This document shows, one piece after another, positions 48,432 through 61,100 of a stretch of 64,000 bases of DNA. How positions within the stretch are numbered: position 1 is the first letter of the stretch; every line of letters begins with the position of its first letter. The notes beneath the pieces are model-generated. The model was not told the origin of the DNA. It saw only the letters and a program-made list of their open reading frames with translations, and did no database searches. The stretch spans positions 23,869,360 to 23,933,359 of the forward strand of contig NC_043019.1 of assembly GCF_006345805.1 (NCBI RefSeq), read 5' to 3'. The stretch is from Octopus sinensis. Its lineage: Eukaryota. Both the position numbers and the translations under genes were made by a program.

Positions 48432-50082
48432 AAACACACAAAAACCGTTCGATTCACTTCAACATTTAAATTTAATTTCCCAAAATATTTTCGTCGCTTT
48501 GCGACCGCGACCTGTTCACTGACAAAATTTCGTGCTGCATCTGAGAAAGTAACAGATCTGGTATACTAGGATTGATCTGGATTAAAACAACCACAAAAAC
48601 CATTAGAAAAATATAATAACAATAATATAGGGACCACCATTCTATTGGCCTTTTCCCTACACAATCCTTGCAGGTGCCTAAACTTGAACTTAAAGATATA
48701 ACCAATTTTTGTTCACCAAAGATTACAGAGTCTTGGCTCCAGAAACAATGATTTCACTACGCAAATTTTAATTTTAAACATTCTAGTCACTTGCACAGAA
48801 CTAACCGTACGAAAGTAGACTGCATTAAAAAAAACTTTGTCTCGATACACTTCAGCAAACACAGCTTCACTAATAGCTACGGTGTCTGTCAACGAGGCCA
48901 GGGATCACTTCAACGGCCATCATGACTAAAATAAAAGTCTATTTATAATATTTGTTATGTTTTTGTTAGTTTGATTTCGAGGGTGTGACGGCTTCCATCG
49001 ATCTAAGTCAACAGACTTACCGAGTTTGGTCAGAGATCCGCGGTTTATATTGGTTTCAAATTATGGAACAAGGCAAGCAGTTTCGGGGGAGGGGAAAAGC
49101 CAATTACATCGACCCCAGTGTCCGATTGGTGTTTATATTATCGACTCCGAAAGGACGAAAGGCAAAGTCGATCTCGGCGACCTCAGAACATAAAGACGGA
49201 GGAAATGCCGCTAAGCGTTTCGCCCGGCGCGGTAACGATTCTGCCAATTCGCCGCCTTAACCCGTGGTTAATATTGGTGTTTGGATAATTACGAGTAAAC
49301 GACTACAGAATAAATATTAACAGGAGAAAATTCCAGAAGGCTGATGTTCTTGAGTAAGAAGAGTTGGGGGAGAGGATTAGTGAGGGAGTTGTAAGTGTTG
49401 AGGGGGAGGGAGGGAGTCTCGTTCGTGAATTTCATAATAAAATCACCCGCCTATGACGTTCATAGGCAGGTGATTTTATTATGAAATTCACGAACGAGAC
49501 ACGGTTAAATGCTTTGCTGATACCAAATGCAACAAGTTCTTGAACTTGATTTTATGAAAGTTATTTTCCAGTAGTAATTAAAAACCGGAAACTGATTCAA
49601 ATTAGAATAATTAGAGCATATAACAATTAGAACATAGAACAAATTGTTAAGGTGAGAAGGTAAAGCTTGTTGGGGATGAGACAAAGGAGTATGTTTCCAA
49701 TGATCGGGATATATTAGTATAGTACAGGGGCTAACTCTTGACCGCAGTGTTGGTAAAGGACAGGACATTGTTAAGACCTGTTCCCCTTGAAAGTCGGAAA
49801 GGAAGATGTAAATTTAGTCGAGAAGCTTTCGACAAGAGACCAAAAGAATCGGCTGCAAGCTTGTGAGGCCAATAGAATGGTTGTCCCTATATTATTGTTA
49901 TATTTTTCTAATGGTTTTTGTGGTTGTTTTAATCCAGATCAATCCTAGTATACCAGATCTGTTACTTTCTCAGATGCAACACGAAATTTTGTCAGTGAAC
50001 AGGTCGCGGTCTCAAAGCGACGAAAATATTTTGACAAATTAAATTTAAATGTTGAAGTGAATCTAACGGTTTTTGTGTGTTT
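48432..50082. repeat. Inverted pair of about 220 bp (48432-48651 vs 49866-50082)
   Basis: Reverse-complement match covering the LINE 3'UTR plus about 105 bp further sequence. Confidence 0.9.
49416..49500. repeat. 85-nt hairpin, 41-bp arms, 3-nt loop
   Basis: 40/41 Watson-Crick pairs; the single mismatch is C49448/A49468. Confidence 0.95.
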
Positions 50083-50806
50083 GTAGGAGATATGCTTTGA
50101 ACAGCACCACCGTTGTGCTATTGGACGTGATTCTGATATCTTCATGCTATTCCTTTATCAAATCTTAAAGCAGATTTACATCATCCATTTATATCGAATA
50201 GTCGAATTACCTTTATTAAATTGTAATTAAGGTTGCTAAATGTACGACCTGTACATTTTAGCAGATGAAGTGATTCCGCACTTAATAGGAACTCAAGTCA
50301 TTAATTAATGCACATAATCAGTATGTCCCAATTAATTTTATTGGGAAGTCGTGTAATTAATCTCATGAAATTCCAATTATTATATCCATGTTTATCTCAA
50401 TATCTGATGAATGCCGAGACTGTTGTTTGTAAAAATCTCTATCGAGATAAATCTCTGGAGGAGCAACAATAGCCAAAGGAGAGGAATTGCTCGTTTAAAG
50501 ATTTAAGGGTCTCTTTTGTTGGTGACTGAGGTGGGCCATCTAAGTGGATGATTCAATCCCAAGAGCACAACAACATTATTTGGTTGCTCGACCGCCTCAT
50601 ATCATAATCAACAATCTTTAAAAAAAGATACTTTGTATAGTGTATTGTGACTTACATTGTATCTGAATATAATATGACATGGTCAAGCTGGAACGATTTG
50701 ATCACAGGTTCCTTTCATCAGGGATGGCCTAGGGTTAATCAATAGCAACAACAATATCTATGCATATATGTATATATATAATATATATATATATATTATA
50801 TATATA

Positions 50807-50851
<45 letters not shown>

Positions 50852-50889
50852 TGTGTGTGTATGTGTGTGTGTGTGTGGTGTGTGTGTGT

Positions 50890-51458
50890 GATATACTCTA
50901 CATACATTTGAAGCAATCTTTATTTTCTTTCTTCTCACCCAATGTACCTTTCCCTGAAAACCTCCCTAAAAAATTTTCTCTTTTATTTATTTACTTTTGC
51001 TATGTACTCATTAGTTAATCCATCCCCATTTCAAACTCACTCGACGTCCGGTTTTATATCTCAAAAGTAGATTCCTTTTATTTCTGATAGCGTTCATGTA
51101 TTGTTTGTGCGGTGTCGTATATCTCGAGCTTGTTTCATCACTATGCTTTTCCATCATCGGTTAACCGTTTACTTCTTCCGAAGAGGAATGCAGTAATTCG
51201 TGCAGCACGATGAAAAGAAGTGTTATCTTTAACAAAACAACCTTAAGGTAACCGAGTATTCCAGTGTTTACGTTAAATATCTCAGTTGTACTTTGAGGAA
51301 ATACATCTATGGTCATAGGTGTGTGTACGTGAAGACCAAGCTAGGTATATGCGTATATCTACATACGTATATACGCACATAAATACATACATATATACAC
51401 ATACCTACGCACAAATATATTTTTTATATATAAGAATTATTCAAATATATACAATTAT

Positions 51459-51504
<46 letters not shown>

Positions 51505-52068
51505 TATACTCTACATACATTTGAAGCAATCTTTATTTTCTTTCTTCTCACCCAATGTACCTTTCCCTGAAAACCTCCCTAAAAAATTTTCTCTTTTATT
51601 TATTTACTTTTGCTATGTACTCATTAGTTAATCCATCCCCATTTCAAACTCCTCGACGTCCGGTTTTATATCTCAAAAGTAGATTCCTTTTATTTCTGAT
51701 AGCGTTCATGTATTGTTTGTGCGGTGTCGTATATCTCGAGCTTGTTTCATCACTATGCTTTTCCATCATCGGTTAACCGTTTACTTCTCCGAAGAGGAAT
51801 GCAGTAATTCGTGCAGCACGATGAAAAGAAGTGTTATCTTTAACAAAACAACCTTAAGGTAACCGAGTATTCCAGTGTTTACGTTAAATATCTCAGTTGT
51901 ACTTTGAGGAATACATCTATGGTCATAGGTGTGTGTACGTGAAGACCAAGCTAGGTATATGCGTATATCTACATACGTATATACGCACATAAATACATAC
52001 ATATATACACATACCTACGCACAAATATATTTTTTATATATAAGAATTATTCAAATATATACAATTAT

Positions 52069-52100
<32 letters not shown>
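50890..52100. repeat. Tandem duplication of about 610 bp bounded by (GT)n
   Basis: Copies start at 50890 and 51503; identical except three 1-nt indels. Confidence 0.9.
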
Positions 52101-52107
<7 letters not shown>

Positions 52108-52269
52108 CGTGTGCGTGTGTATGTGTGTGTGTGGTGTGTGTTTATGTGCGTATCTGGGCTTACATGTATCTGTGCTTATGTGTGCGCGTGTGTGTATTAA
52201 ACATGTTTTAAAATAACCACGGGAGTGAATATGCGACATGTTTAGAAATAAATCTATAATATGAATGTT

Positions 52270-52700
52270 GTTTATGTATGTATGTATGTATGTATGTATG
52301 TATGTATGTATGTATGAATGTATGTATGTATGAATGTATGTATGTATGTATGTATGTATGTATGATGGATGGATGGCAGGATGGATGGATGCATGCATGC
52401 ACGCACGCACGTACGTACGTACGTACGCATGCATGCATGCATGTATGTATGCATGCATGTATGTATGCATGCATGTATGCATGTATGTATGTATGTATGT
52501 ATACATGTATGTATGTATGTATGTATGTATGCATTTATGTACGTATGTATGCATGTATATATGTATGTATGTATGTATGTATGCATGCATGTATGCATGT
52601 ATGTATATATGTATGTATGTATGCATGTATGCATGTATGCATGCATGATGTATGTATGTATGTATGTATGTATGTATGTATGTATGTATGTATGTATGTA
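52270..52700. repeat. (TATG/CATG)n compound tetranucleotide array
   Basis: Direct reading. Confidence 0.95.
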
Positions 52701-53860
52701 TCTCAAGGCCATTGTGTTTCTGGGTCAATATAAATTATTTGCACATTGATTAAGCACCGTCATTTTCTTGGTGATCTTTAAATCAGTCGACAGTTGGTCG
52801 CTTGAGAAGCCATTGTACAAGAAAGCTTCCGAACGGCGCTTGAGAACATTACCCCAAAGCTTTGGCTGAGTCTTAACGTAAGAATTTTTTTTCGTTCTCA
52901 GCTAGAATATAGACAGTTATCATTGTGTGGAATTACTTCTGCTAAGGATTCTTTGTCGGTTCTCGAAGTCTATTTGTAAAGCTTTCAACAAAAGTACTCC
53001 AGTATTGCACAGAAGGGCGAATTAGAAGATTGAGGTTGACTAAAGATCTTTAGACCCCAATGATATATATAATATATTATGATATCAGAGAAAGCTGTCA
53101 ATTCATATAAATATCAATGACAAGCAGTTATAAAAATAGTATAACAGGTGGTTATACCACTAAAGCAATGACGAAAATTCACGATAGAAGAGAAAAACTA
53201 ACGATTCACCAGCCTGTGTGCACATATTGACTTTAATATATAGACATTCATATATACACATATATACGTACATCTCTCATACATGCATATATAACGCTGT
53301 GTATATCATTTGTAATGTATATATACAAATGTAGAACGGCACTAGCTGTAATATCTTATCTCGGGGAAATTTCTCTTAAGTGACTTTGTGTGTTAAAAGC
53401 CAGCTCACTCAGAATGACACCAGCGTTTCGGTTTCCTTAGACTCCTGCCTCCTCAGTTCGAACATACTATTGTCCATTCATGTGTTGCAACTCTTGAACA
53501 CTATGGTAACAATTGCTTAACAGAAACTCTTATAAATCTGGTCTCTTGATGAATTCCCAGATTTGACCATCTTCTCTTCAAGAATACCTTGATACCAACC
53601 ATTTTAAAATACCGGATTTATTATCTTCCTAAATATCAAGTTACCAACATGAACTAAATTTGAGGCTTTCGCTTCTAACAATACCAGTAAAAATATTTTA
53701 ACTATACATAGACGACAGATGGATTATATAGAGAGTAGGCATCTACTACATATGAAACTACTGTTCTTTAGCGTTAAATGTCTCTTCTTTGCATTTAATT
53801 ACAGATTTCTATACGGTTACATTTATTCATTTTTCATATAGTAATATTGTTTCACTTCCA

Positions 53861-54229
53861 CGGCGGCAAGCTGGCAGAAACGTTAACACGCCGGGCGAAA
53901 TGCTTAGCGGTATTTCGTCTGTCGCTACGTTCTGAGTTCAAATTCCACCGAGGTCGACTTTGCCTTTCGGGGCCGATAAATTAAGTACCAGTTACGCACT
54001 GGGGTCGATGTAATCAACTTCATCCGTTTGTCTGTCCTTGTTTGCCCCCTCTGTGTTTAGCCCCTTGTGGGTAATAAAGAAATAGGTATTTCATCTGCCG
54101 CTACGTTCTGAGTTCAAATGCCGCCGAGGTCGACTTTGCCTTTCATCCTTTCGGGGTCGATAAATTAAGTACCAGTTGCGTACTAGGGTCTATCTAATCG
54201 GGCCTTGTGTTTTGAGTAGAAAAGACAAG
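53861..54229 (+). mobile_element. SINE family A dimer with 18-bp TSD
   Basis: TSD AATATTGTTTCACTTCCA at 53843-53860 and 54230-54247. Confidence 0.85.
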
Positions 54230-54857
54230 AATATTGTTTCACTTCCATATTCTCATTTTCACAAGTTATTCCTATAATTAAAACATTTAAAAAAGAGGAT
54301 TATATGCTTTATTTAGTTCGCTGTGCTATGTACTTGCAGTAAACACACCTTTCTATAATCGTAAAGAGAACCCTGTATGGGAAATGTGAGATACAAAATA
54401 TATTTTAATGATTTGCTTCAACTATGTATGAAAGCGAACAGTTCCAAGTAAATATGGCTTAATATGTTGTAATATATTGATCTGTGGGAAGGTACATATA
54501 CCATAACAAGCATATTTGATGCTTAAGTCACGAGTCATTCAAGTTTGAAAATCAAATGTTTCCCAAGTAGGATAAGAAAACTATCTTAAGCAATTTGCCC
54601 TGGTGGCAAATAAAAGAAATCATTATTTTTATTATTATTTCAGGCAGCGAGCTGTCAGAATCGTTAGCTTACCACACAGAATGTTTTAGCCGCATTTCGT
54701 CCGCCTTTACGCTCCAAGTTCAAATGCCGCCGAGGTCGACTCGGGATCTTTAAAATAAGGACCAGTTGAACACTGAGATGGATGCAATGGAGTAACACCT
54801 ATCCCTAAAACAGCTGGCCTTGTGCCGAAATTTGAAACGATTATATTATTATTATTA

Positions 54858-54897
<40 letters not shown>

Positions 54898-55363
54898 GTT
54901 GTTATTATCATTTTAAACTCTCACAAACACCAGCGGGTTATTAATATTGAAAAACTTTCTGATAATATTTAAAACAAACACCAATGAAAGAAATTTCGTT
55001 CGCAAATCATGAATTTCGAAATAATAGATTTTCAAAGATATTTTAACAATACTTTTGACAATAATCAAATATTACCGAAAACTTTTGTGAGATCTTACAT
55101 CTGCTTAAGAAATATTAATGGTAGCCTGTTTGTTATCGTCTGCTTCATAATGGCGCATAGCAGTTGATGTAGAGCATTGCGAATAGTATCTCTCAGTCTT
55201 TAGCTTTCATAAATTACTCCTCGGTCACGATACATTAGGAAATATCTGAAATATGCTCCATCTTAAGTACATCGTGGCAAGGCAGCATTGCTTTCATGTT
55301 TTCATTCTCTTCCATCCCGCTCACCATTCCACCATCCTTTCTCTCGCTCTTTTTCTGTATAAG

Positions 55364-55426
<63 letters not shown>

Positions 55427-55594
55427 CACACACAAAATATCACATAATACAGACATTCTGTAGTAAAAAGAGACTATATACGTGTGTGTACGTGTGTGTG
55501 TGTGGTGTATATATATATTAATATATATATATATTATATTATATATATATATATATATATTATATATACATATATATATAATATTACATACATA

Positions 55595-56365
55595 CGTACA
55601 TATATGATTATGTATGTATGCGCCCACCCGTCTCTCTCTCTCTCTATATTATATATATCTACACACACACATATATATACTCTTTTACTTGTTTCAGTCC
55701 TTTGACTGCGACCATGCTGGAGTACCGCCTTTAGTCGAGGAAATTGACCCCAGAACTTATTCTGTGTAAGCCTAGTATCGGTCTCTTTTGCCGAACCGCT
55801 AAGTTTCGGGGACACGAACACACCAACATCAGTTGCCAAGCGATGGTGGGGGTAACAAACACAGGTACAAAGATACTCATACAGATAAATATATATAAAC
55901 TAATACATCTGTCTGTTGTTTACACACCCGTGTTCGTCTTTTGTTTTTTTTTTGTAAATTCTCACTATATACATACATACGTACGTATATGATTATGTAT
56001 GTATGCGCCAACCCGTCTCTCTCTCTCTCTATATTATATATATCTACACACACACATATATATACTCTTTTACTTGTTTCAGTCCTTTGACTGCGACCAT
56101 GCTGGAAAGTACCGCCTTTAGTCGAGGAAATTGACCCCAGAACTTATTCGTGTAAGCCTAGTATCGGTCTCTTTGCCGAACCGCTTAAGTTTCGGGGACA
56201 CGAACACACCAACATCAGTTCAAAACGATGGTGGGGGTAACAAACACAGGTACAAAGATACTCATACAGATAATATATATAAAAACTATACATCTGTCTG
56301 TTGTTTACACACCCCGTCTGTTCGTTCTTTGTTTTTTTTTTGTAAATTCTCACTATATACATATA
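55595..56365. repeat. Tandem duplication of about 385 bp containing a partial family B SINE
   Basis: gattatgtatgtatgcgcc at 55606 and 55991; copies differ by several small indels and substitutions. Confidence 0.85.
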
Positions 56366-57323
56366 CATACAGACATACATAATACACATATATTATATAT
56401 ATATATTTATATAATATATATATATATATACACACGACGGGCTTCTTTCAGTTTTCGTCTACCAAATCCACTCACAACGCTTAGGTCGGCCCAAGGCTAT
56501 AGTAGAAGACACTTGTCCAAGGTGCCACGCAGTGGGACTGAACTTGGAACCATGTGGTTGGAAAAAAAAGCTTCTTATCACACAGCCACGCCCGCGCCTA
56601 TATATATATATTATATATATATATTATATATATATTGTTATATACATATACATAAATGCCATACACAATACTTACATAGACGCACATACGCACATACATG
56701 TATTAGGTGTGAGTGTGTGTGTGTCTGCATATGTAACCTTGCATTCTTGCTATACGTGCTTGTATGTCCATAAAGCACACGCCCATCTTCATGTGGTATG
56801 TTGGCAGAAATTGTTGCGCTTTCAGGCACCGCGGGAAAATAAACTTTATCTCGGCTAACCGCTCCTATTTCATTTCATTGATCCATAAAATACTATTGCA
56901 AGAATTGGAACCGAATTATTTCAGTCAGCCTTTGAAATAACATTCGTATATATTACTATGATAAAATGTCAAAGAATTTGCTACGGAAGGATTAATATTC
57001 TATTGCATAAACGATGTGATTAAGTTAAATAGTCTTAGTATCGTGGTGGTAAATATTAGAAATAAAAATAAAAATCTAAAAAAAAAAAATCAATACTCGT
57101 CACCGAGTCATAAGCTGATGAGGGCGGTCGGTCGCAGGATGAGTAATTTTTGTCAGCTGAGTGGACTGGAGAAATGTGAAATGAAGTGTTTTGCTCAAGA
57201 AAACAAAGTGAAACCCGGTTCAAGAACCGAAACCAGAAACTTACGTTCATGAATGCAACACCGTAGCCTCTAAGCCACGCGCCTCTACAGATATTAAATA
57301 ACACCACTATATATATATATATA

Positions 57324-57554
57324 GGCGGCGAGCTGGCAGAAACGTTAGCACGCCGGGCGAAATGCGTTGCCGTATTTCGTCTGCCGTTACGTTCCGAGTT
57401 CAAATTCCGCCGAGGTCGACTTTGCCTTTCATCCTTCCAGGGTCGATAAATTAAGTACCAGTTACGCGCTGGGGTCGATGTAATCGACTTAAACTGTTTG
57501 TCTGTCCTTGTTTGTCTCCTCTGTGTTTAGCCCCTTGTGGGTAGTAAAGAAATA
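57324..57554 (+). mobile_element. SINE family A, full length, young
   Basis: Consensus-like with CpGs intact; similar copy at 58411-58638; older copies at about 29575, 34090, 34372, 49085, 54642 and 62085. Confidence 0.85.
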
Positions 57555-57736
57555 TATATATATATATATACACATACATGTATATGTATATAAAAAGTTT
57601 TTTTCCATAATGAGATAAAAAAACCAAGGCTGTGTTGATTTTAGAACATTTTTAGATAGGTCTTACAGGTGTTTCTAGGATACTTATTATATCCCTCCAT
57701 GGTGTATACTTGTGTCTGTGTGAAAGTTTGTATGTG

Positions 57737-57779
<43 letters not shown>

Positions 57780-57869
57780 CATACATACTCACGTACATAT
57801 ATGATTATCTATGTATGCGCCCGCCCGCCCGTCTCTCTCTCTCTCTCTTTATATATCTATATATATTAG

Positions 57870-57909
<40 letters not shown>

Positions 57910-59319
57910 TAATTATATCCGTCAACAGACTATGATGAGAAACGAAGAAATGTTGAGTTAACCTCAGTACTGGACTATCAAGGATTCGAAAATAGCAAGG
58001 AACCTTTTTAAATGAACTTACGTCTGAGAAAGTAATATTGTGTCGACAAGTGACTCTAATTTGCTTAATACCAGAGAAACGGATGCAAAGCACAAGTCCC
58101 GTGGGATATAATGAAGATTATAAAAAATGTTAAATTGCGGATGAATAGTTGTCAACCAAAGCCAAGCAAGTTGAACGTATTTTAAAATTGCTTTTGGTCG
58201 GTTTCGAATGAAGATACAGCTCGCTGCCAACTCATATTATTATTATAACCAGTTATCATATATTTTACGTAACATGTTTTGCACAGACAAAGAGCTACTG
58301 ATGTGAGATTTCAATGCTAAGGAAAGAAAGGACTAGAAACTGGCCCGTAGTCATGGGCCAGGATGGTGACTGTAACACAAACACGAGCTTCTGTAGGCTA
58401 TATGATGTAAGGCGAGCTGGCAGAGACGTTAGCACGCCGGGCGAAATGCTTAGAAGCATTTCGTTTGCCGTTACGTTCTGAGTTCAAATTCCGCCGAGGT
58501 CGACTTTGCCTTTCATCCTTTCGGGGTCGATAAATTAAGTACCAGTTACGCACTGGGGTCGATATAATTGACTTAATCCGTTTGTCTGTCCTTGTTTGTC
58601 CCCTCTATATTTAGCCCCTTGTGGGCATTAAAGAAATATATATGCTGTAAGTTCGAACTGGTACTGACAAATATCGCACTGAAAGAGAAAACCGAACGCA
58701 GGACAAGTGGCATGCCTCCTCACTCCAAAAACCGACATCTGGTTTGGTCATTACATGGCAAAAGGATAAACTAGACACCCACAGAGATATGCAAGTCGAA
58801 ACTGCTGCACTTATCATCTACTATGAAGATCTAATTTTGCTTTCAACATACATCAAAAGTACAACGGAAAAAAAGCCTGGTAAATCTATTAAGCGAGAGA
58901 CACGCATACAAAAGCTTTCGTATAAACAGTGTCGGACGCTGTTTAGAATCAACCAGTAACATGTACGCTCAGTCATTTCTTCTTTACGGAGATTCGAGTC
59001 AGCAACTTATTTAGCATCTCATGCTAGAGTAACAGTGACCCCAAAATTGTGTCGGAACAGGTACAAATGAGTTACATACGGCTGTAATGACGGACGATGG
59101 CTGGAAACAGTTTGATACTTCTAGTCAGCTTGGTCGATTTGTTATTTGTCAACACCTGCTTTTTAAAAAGTGCATTTGTGGCTATTGCCAGAATTTTCGT
59201 TGTCATCGTGGCTAGTTTTTTTAATTTCACTTACTGCTAAATTATTATTATGTTCTGATTTCAAATTCCACCGAAGTCAACTTTATCTTTCAGCCTTTCG
59301 GGGTCAATAAATTAAGAAT

Positions 59320-59612
59320 CCCTTTTGTTCGACTGGTGTGTCATCTCATTCTGAAGCAAGTGATGATACACTTTGGCATCAAAGGCGCCTGTCAACGGCT
59401 TTCATTGCAGATGTAATCGGTTTGTAATTTCCAATTAAAAGACCCTTCATTTTATCCTTCATGATCAAAGTTGTCTTCCCTTCAGTCATCCATCTTGGAA
59501 CTTCTCCTTCCATTATATAAACATTTAAGTGCTTCTTTAGTCTGGAATGAACCACTTTTATATCATTGGCATTTTCCTAATTTGTTCTTGAACGTCTTCC
59601 TTTGAAATAAAA
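59320..59612 (-). mobile_element. Decayed LINE reverse-transcriptase fragment
   Basis: ISKEDVQEQIRKMP...TEGKTTLIMKDK...NYKPIT...PVEQK with stops and frameshifts. Confidence 0.65.
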
Positions 59613-60499
59613 CCGTTTAAGATCTTTGTGTGCAATGTCACATTTAACCTTAAAAATGGTATGTTAAGAATATATTTAAATGTGAAGAGAGTAGCAAAAT
59701 GTTGTACTGAACAACAAGGTCTAACTACATTTAAAGGAAGGTCTACTGCGGTATGAACGGTTGTTGTTTCTGGTATGTGCCACAAGGGAATCCAATGATT
59801 CAATCTTCGGTGATGTGATAGTATTCGTAAAAAAAGTTCTAAAGTAAAGAATAAATTTATCAAGTAACATGTTAAAGACTCGAAGCCAGTTTTGTTAGTT
59901 GAAATATTTTACTGTGTTAACATCAAATAGAACTATTTTCTATTGAAAGGTCATCTTTTGTTTAAACAACACTGTTACGTCGATATTTAAACAAATCTTT
60001 TCTTCAAAGACGTTAGATTGCAGATCTGAGCTATCCTCATGAGGCAGAGCTACAGATAATATAGATCTAGGCAACCCGTTTCTTTTGTTTTCGTTGTAAT
60101 TGTAAGGAAAATTGAGAAATATCAGACTAGAGTTGATGAGACTAGAAAGGCTCAACTATGTGTCTGGACGTAGGCGCACATACATACACACATTCATGCA
60201 TACAAACATACATACACACATACATTCATGCATACACATACATACACACACATACATACATTCTTACATACATGCATACACGCATACATGCATACACGCA
60301 TACATGCATACATTCACACATACATTCATACACACACACACACACATACATTCTTACATACATACACTCTTACATACATACATACATACATACACACACA
60401 TAATAAATAAATACCTACTAAATCAGTAGCCTGAGCAGAATCTGGTGCCCCCATAGGTATATCAAAAAAGTTTCTAGTATCTTTCCTAGCCCATAATTT

Positions 60500-61100
60500 A
60501 TTATTATAATTGAAGTTCTCATAAATGCTTCAGAACTGCCTAGTAAAATGCCTGGTTTACAGTTTGAGCAGGAGTTACACATTGTGTCTGGACAATTCCT
60601 TTCGCATTGATAACACAAATCACCATCATCTTGACATTGAACTTCATTCAAGGCGCTTTTCGGGGCCGCGGTGACATCGAATGCTTTATTGCTGCTTCAT
60701 TTCCGGGACGTAGCCATAGCACCAGCTTTCGTCACCAGTGATAACCTTCGACAAAAAGATTCGAATCAACTTCCAACTGTTCTTTCAGTTCACCACACGC
60801 ATTCAGTCGTGACTTCTCTTTTTCTTTTTCTTTTCTTTCTTTCTTTGTTTTTTTGATCTTCCGCGAGCAAGATCGAATCTTTTCATTCGCTATTTCTCGT
60901 TTCTCTAAAATTCGTTTAAAATTCGTTGGCAGAAGCTCCAGGACACACCAGTCATATCAACACGTTCGTCAGTTGTTCGACGAAGACCCTCCAAGATCAG
61001 TTCGCGAATTTTCATGATATATATTTGTGTATAAAGGGTCTTGAAGAGAAAGTGCGATCTGATCATCGACGAAATGCTTTGCTCGGATGCAGCCAATTAG
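60500..61100 (-). mobile_element. Decayed mariner transposase fragment
   Basis: KIRELILEG.RRT...DMTGVSWSFCQRIL; VITGDESWCYGY; NVKMMVI...KGIV......QTVNQAFY, broken by stops and frameshifts. Confidence 0.8.

Noticed and set aside
53425-53460. Other CUGANGA...GAAA matches (53457-, 38880-, 44880-, 33050-)
   Set aside because: No proper stem II closure or stem I/III pairing; chance matches.
60418-60651. Cys-rich ORF (QCQDDGDLCYQCERNC...) resembling an EGF/furin-like exon or a missing Wnt exon
   Set aside because: It is an alternative frame of the decayed mariner transposase (NVKMMVI...QTVNQAFY).
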